DNA of 64,000 nucleotides. Source: Balanoglossus misakiensis (Eukaryota > Animalia > Hemichordata). The translations under genes were made by a program, and so were the position numbers. Shown here in pieces: positions 59,201 through 64,000 of this stretch (position 1 is the stretch's first letter; the number at the start of each line of letters is the position of its first letter). The notes under the pieces were generated by a model, which saw nothing but the letters and a program-made list of their open reading frames with translations, did no database searches and was not told the DNA's origin. The stretch lies in NCBI GenBank assembly GCA_040954595.2, contig CM082583.2, forward strand, positions 6,260,849 through 6,324,848, in the 5' to 3' direction.

Positions 59201-62200
59201 GTCGTGCTGTTGGTTTGCAGGTGGGGTCACGCGCATTTGTTCACGATTTCGTGGGTCCACATATGTTATTTGCTGTCTTCTCTGTTCATCACCACTTTCC
59301 ATTACTGACAGGCGCCCAGCATTGTCTAGGTGACAGAAAGGATAATTACGAAACATGTCATTCTAAAGATTACAACAAATCCGAGACTGTCGGTCACGTC
59401 ACTGCTGAATGATATTGCATCGATCACAGTCTTTTCTCATTATTGTTCACCCACTTCATTTTTCTAAATTATGCTATTCCTTATCATATTCTCCTTAAAT
59501 GCTATTGAATATTCAATTTGGTATCACAACTTTTCTGTCTGATAATATTGTTAGAAGGCAACAGTGTAATATAAAATATCACTTCAGAAGGGCTAATGGA
59601 GTAAAAGATGTTCGATGTTGAATACTTACTGATATACTGGGATGAATATGTGAAATGTAACGGCATTTGTTTGCTTTCACTCTTATTTCTGGCAAGTCTG
59701 TCTCTCAATTTATGCATGAGTTTTGGTGGCAGGTTAGTCAGTTTACTCCAGTCCAGCAACTCCTGTTCCTCGTCTTGTTCAGTCCGAGAGCTGTCAGCGG
59801 CTGGGTTTTCATGTGCGTCTGTCGGGCTCTGTCCTCCTGGTGCACACACCTCGTGTTGTTCAACGTTCTCCAGGATGTAACGCAGCCTTGGCACACTCTC
59901 TCTGATTTGCGTCAGTTCGATCATATTATCCGCCGGCAACTCTCTGATGTCATCATTCATGGGCACCTCCAGGGCATGCAGCAAGTCTAGAAACACTTTG
60001 AAAGTGCAGTTCTGGCTGAACAGCGTCTGGTGCACGTCGCTAGCGCTGGCGTATCGCAAACCCGACAGCAGAGTCACTGTGGGAATCTTCTCCAATTCCG
60101 AGTCCAACTCGGACGTGTCTGAACCCGGTGAGCCAACAGATGAGGTGTCATCCTCGGCCTCAACATGAGATTCAGAGGAATCCTCTGTTGTTGTGATATC
60201 TTCGTCGAGCATTGGTCTTTTACTGGATTCGGAATCGACAATCCCTACCACCCTCTCAGTTGTTTTTCTTTTTCTCCTGTTAGTTTTATCACACTCCCCC
60301 ACGCCGCACGTCTTATCGTTTCCCTCCCCACCCGCCTGTTGCTTTTCAGTCAGTATCTTGGCGACAGAGTCGAGACTCTTCATTGGAACGTACACTTTTC
60401 TTTTCTTGGGTTTGCTGCCGCACTCACTTTCTGACGGCTCGATTTTCACGTTAACAGCTTTCCAATATCCGGTGGGTGACGACCGATCCAACTGTTCATT
60501 TGGGGTGTGTCTGTCAACTGCAGCAGGTTCTACTGTTTCATCAACTTGTCCAGAAACTGCAGACTGAGGCACATTGCTTTCGGCATTTCTGGCTTGCAAT
60601 GGTGAGGTTGACTGTGGGCAAATATTGGCATCTAATTGCGATTCACCATACGGTTGCTGACTGGCTGACAGCGGGGTTACCCGGCTGCCCGAGTCACACG
60701 TATCTACGCTTGCATCGCCTGTTTCTACCGAATCGATTGAAACGGCAGATTTCTCTTTGTTTCCATCATTGTTAAGACTGGATTCAACACCAGTCACAGT
60801 GGATGGTTCTATTTCAGTACTGGCAGTGGCGGTAAGAGCAACAGGCACAACGGCAGTGCTCGGGTCAAAAGTCTGCTCTTCTGCAGGTGGAGACGCAGGA
60901 CCCTCATGAGGTAAATCTGGTTGTTGATGGTTCACGCTCTGACGTTCTGGCACACTAGCACTTTCCCCATCGCTGTCTTCGGTCGCAATTTTCCCTATAT
61001 CCTTCTCAGCAGTGCAGCTGCTTGGGGATGTCACATTGGAATGTACTGAAGATTCATCAGAAGAGTCAGGTTCGTGGGCATCTTCACATGATAAAATTAG
61101 CGTGCCGGACAATTCTTCAGTCTGCATAGGTTCGTCTGCAGCTGCAGGTGCTCTCGTGTCTTCATGGCTTGTAGTAAACTGACCGCTGTGATTGACAGGT
61201 GAGGTCACCTCAGTTCTATCTCTACCGGCTGGACTTGAAACGCCATCTTCGCTCAATCTACGACTGGCTAGCTCCTCTACATGTTTCTCCCTTACAATAG
61301 TGTCACTTTCCTTGTCAATCAGGAACTGGTCAACAAAATTTTGTAAGTTCTGAAAGACGGCTTTAGCACGTTCCTCCTTCTTCGACTCGCTTCTGGAAAT
61401 GCTCTTCCTGCGCTCAGAATCAGTTTTAGAAATATCGGCTGATTCTTTGGGCGAACTGTTTGAGAAATCTTTACTTTTTTCCGAGTCCTTTGTCATAGCA
61501 TCATCTTCACAGTTTTCTGGGTCATTGTTCTCGATATTATTCTGAGTCCTCTCAATGCTCAGGCCCTCATCTACATGATCCTGCCTCTTCTCAACTGGCT
61601 CCTCCTTCTCTGCGTTAGCATCTTGAGTTTCTTCCTTGTCACTGGCCACAGCTATGCCAGTTTTCTCCATTGGGACATCACAGCTTCCAACATCTTGAGT
61701 TATCTCTGCATCATTTGCTGAAGTGGTTGTGTCATTTTCAAACGACTCTTGAGTTTTCTGAAAGTTAATGTCCGCAGGGCTTTGGGATCTCTGAATGTCA
61801 CGGTTTGTAAATTTCCCCCTCTTTGCAATATCCAGAGTTGTACGAGGTTTAGTTTTCACCTTCTTCAAGTCAGTCCCTGCAACAACTTGACTTCTCGCTG
61901 GCTCAACATCTTGGGCATCTTGCCGTATCTTCTCACATCTCTCTTGAGTTTTGCCTGATTTCCTCCAAGTAACACCTTTATTATTGTCACAAGTCTCCAC
62001 AAAATCTTGCGCTTTCACTGTTAAGGTCGTTAAAACGCCCCCTCTCTTCTCCAGTGTAATCCTTTTCCTATTTGCAATGTCTTCAAGTTTTTGCAGCACA
62101 ATTTTCGCAACACACTGGATTTTCTGCGAATTAACTATAGCGTAATCATGACTTCTCACTGGGGAAGTTTTCACAAGCTTGCCAGTTTTCTGTACAACTT

Positions 62201-63347
62201 CAGTGTTCTGTGACCTTCCCTTTGCTGGGTCCCCCATTTCGCTTTGATCCATCTTGCTGTCATTTTCACCTGTTTCAACTACGGTAATATTAGCTTCTTT
62301 GCATATTTCCTCAATATCTTCATCAACAGCTCTGGGTGCGTCCTTCGAAACACGGCAGTTCACTGATTTTGACAGGCTGCTAAATAAGCCACCCTTCTCT
62401 ATGCGACGGTTTCTCTTCAAGGCAGTACTCGGTCCTTTAGACTCTCCTATCCTGCATACCACACTTCCTCCATTTGGTAAATTTTCATTTTCTGGCACCT
62501 TACTTACTGTTGGCATGCCTTTCAGAGGTGGGGAGAAATGGGGAGACATACCGGTAGTTCTCTCTTCAGTCGTTGATGAGCTACTTTGTCTCTTATGCAA
62601 ATTGTTTTTCCTTTTCTTCGACGGGCAGTGGGAGTCAACCTGAGTTAATGAGTTCCGCAGATCCTTGTTGATCTCAATCACGTCATTAGAGTTTCCGGTG
62701 TTTGGGAGATCAGTTTCACCTGCCTGTTGATCTGTCTTCTCAGCTGACACGACAGTAGAATTCCTTTTGGCAGTTCCTGTGTTTTCTCCCGAAGATTCCA
62801 CCGAACTCTCGTCCTCCCCTGGCTTCCTTGCAATGACCATCAACGGCTGGGTCGCGCTTTCCGTCTGACGCACCTCGTCCTGCGAGCCACACATACTGTT
62901 TGTCTGATTCCGTGCAACTCCGTTGTCATCATCGTCGTCGTCGAGGATGATGACGACGGGTGCCGAGCGGCATTTCTGGCAGCTGCTCGAGGCAGCCGAC
63001 TTGCCCCGATCCCCGTCTCTGATCGTCCGCAACAGGGAGGTGTAATGCAGCCTGACGAAGGCATAGCACTTCTTCAGCGCCTTCACGCTGATGATCACGT
63101 CGTTCAAGTTGTACTGGCGCTTCGCTCCCTGAATCCGCAGAGTCCGGTTGAGAGCCTCGACTTCCACCTCGGAGACATTCTTCATCGGTACGCCCCTCTT
63201 CTTCAGAATATTGCTGATGAACCCCAGTGCCGGACTCTCGGGAAACAGCTTTGTCACCACGTCATCCAAAACAATGTAGTGCTCTCCTCGCCGCGAAATG
63301 AATGGGAACTCAACATTCTTGAAGACCAGTAATCTATAAGTTGACAT
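56234..63347 (-). CDS. Uncharacterised ~2,203-aa mostly disordered nuclear protein with SKI/DACH-like winged-helix segments, a SIM, LxxLL and repeated IxxVxSL motifs
   Basis: The 1299-aa and 963-aa ORFs join in phase. Exon 59630-63376 (acceptor ctgacag, first ATG 63347, donor A|GTAAGT), exon 56491-59325 (acceptor cctag, donor G|GTAAGT) and terminal exon 56234-56292 (TAG) sum to 6612 nt from the ATG. Upstream exons may lie outside the window. Confidence 0.8.
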
Positions 63348-63933
63348 TTTTTCCTCCTCACAGCCAAATGATGTATCTGTCAGATAAGAAAAAAGAAACA
63401 CTTTTAAGAATGCTGTTAAAAGAAGCTAATTTTGAAACAAGATGGGAAAATTTTCATAATGTAAATTTGTCCAAACAGGCGTGTAAATTTGTTGATATTA
63501 ACCCCTATACAATGTATATGACACAACACACAATAAAAAATATACAAATTTGCAAACCCTGTATTGCCCATGGGGAAAACTAATGGATAATGTGTACTCT
63601 CAAAAATCACACCTTTTGGATAATACATGTAATGATGTATATTTAAATTCAGATAAAAAAGAAAATTGTTTCACACAAATGTGTCCAAAGACACACTTTC
63701 TATATGTACTGCTACATGTATACATTCTTTTTGTCAAACATATCAACAGATTATGAATAGCATTTCAGTGAGTAAATGTCATCGGTATTTTTAGCAAATG
63801 TTTAAAATTAGAACAAAGTAATCTTTTGCAGTGTTTCACTGTGTATAACTTCAAATGAGATGGAATCAAAGCATTTTTTTTTTACAAAAATCAATGTAAT
63901 TTCCACGTACATTTCACTGAAGTTTGACAACGA

Positions 63934-63979
63934 AATATTGACTTAGTTTGAAAAACCGGTAATATTGACTTAGTTTGAA
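63934..63979. repeat. 19-bp direct duplication (aatattgacttagtttgaa x2, period 27)
   Basis: Direct reading at 63934-63952 and 63961-63979. Confidence 0.8.
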
Positions 63980-64000
63980 TACTATTTGCCAAAGTAAATA

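Noticed and set aside
58118-59412. Long plus-strand ORFs (194 and 199 aa)
   Set aside because: Antisense shadows of the GC-rich, Pro/Gln-rich exon of the orphan gene; no family motifs.

Overview
Intron-rich, AT-rich animal genomic DNA, probably a marine invertebrate bilaterian (inferred from gene structure and repeat content). It is not prokaryotic, and I saw no CRISPR, rRNA or tRNA. Six gene models can be spliced by hand. (1) A DMGDH-like dimethylglycine dehydrogenase (+, 1027-9681, 15 exons) with two GC-AG introns and two frameshifting indels, both in the folate-binding half. (2) UTP20 (-, about 55 exons). (3) SUPT7L (+), head-to-head with UTP20. (4) REEP5/6 (-). (5) A CDC34/UBE2R E2 enzyme (-). 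(6) An unrecognised ~2,200-aa protein (-, 56234-63347) on two giant exons. It has two SKI/Dachshund-like winged-helix segments, a SUMO-interacting motif, an LxxLL box and three I-x-x-V-x-S-L motifs resembling the ATF7IP-binding FAM motif. This is the best candidate for a new system: a possible chromatin-silencing adaptor. Non-coding DNA contains several small non-autonomous DNA-transposon families: an 85-bp TTAA element in at least 5 copies, a 307-bp TTAA element carrying promoter motifs, a hairpin element with a 7-bp direct repeat, and a Tc1/mariner-like remnant. There is also a 31-bp hairpin minisatellite. All family assignments come from recalled sequences, not database searches.
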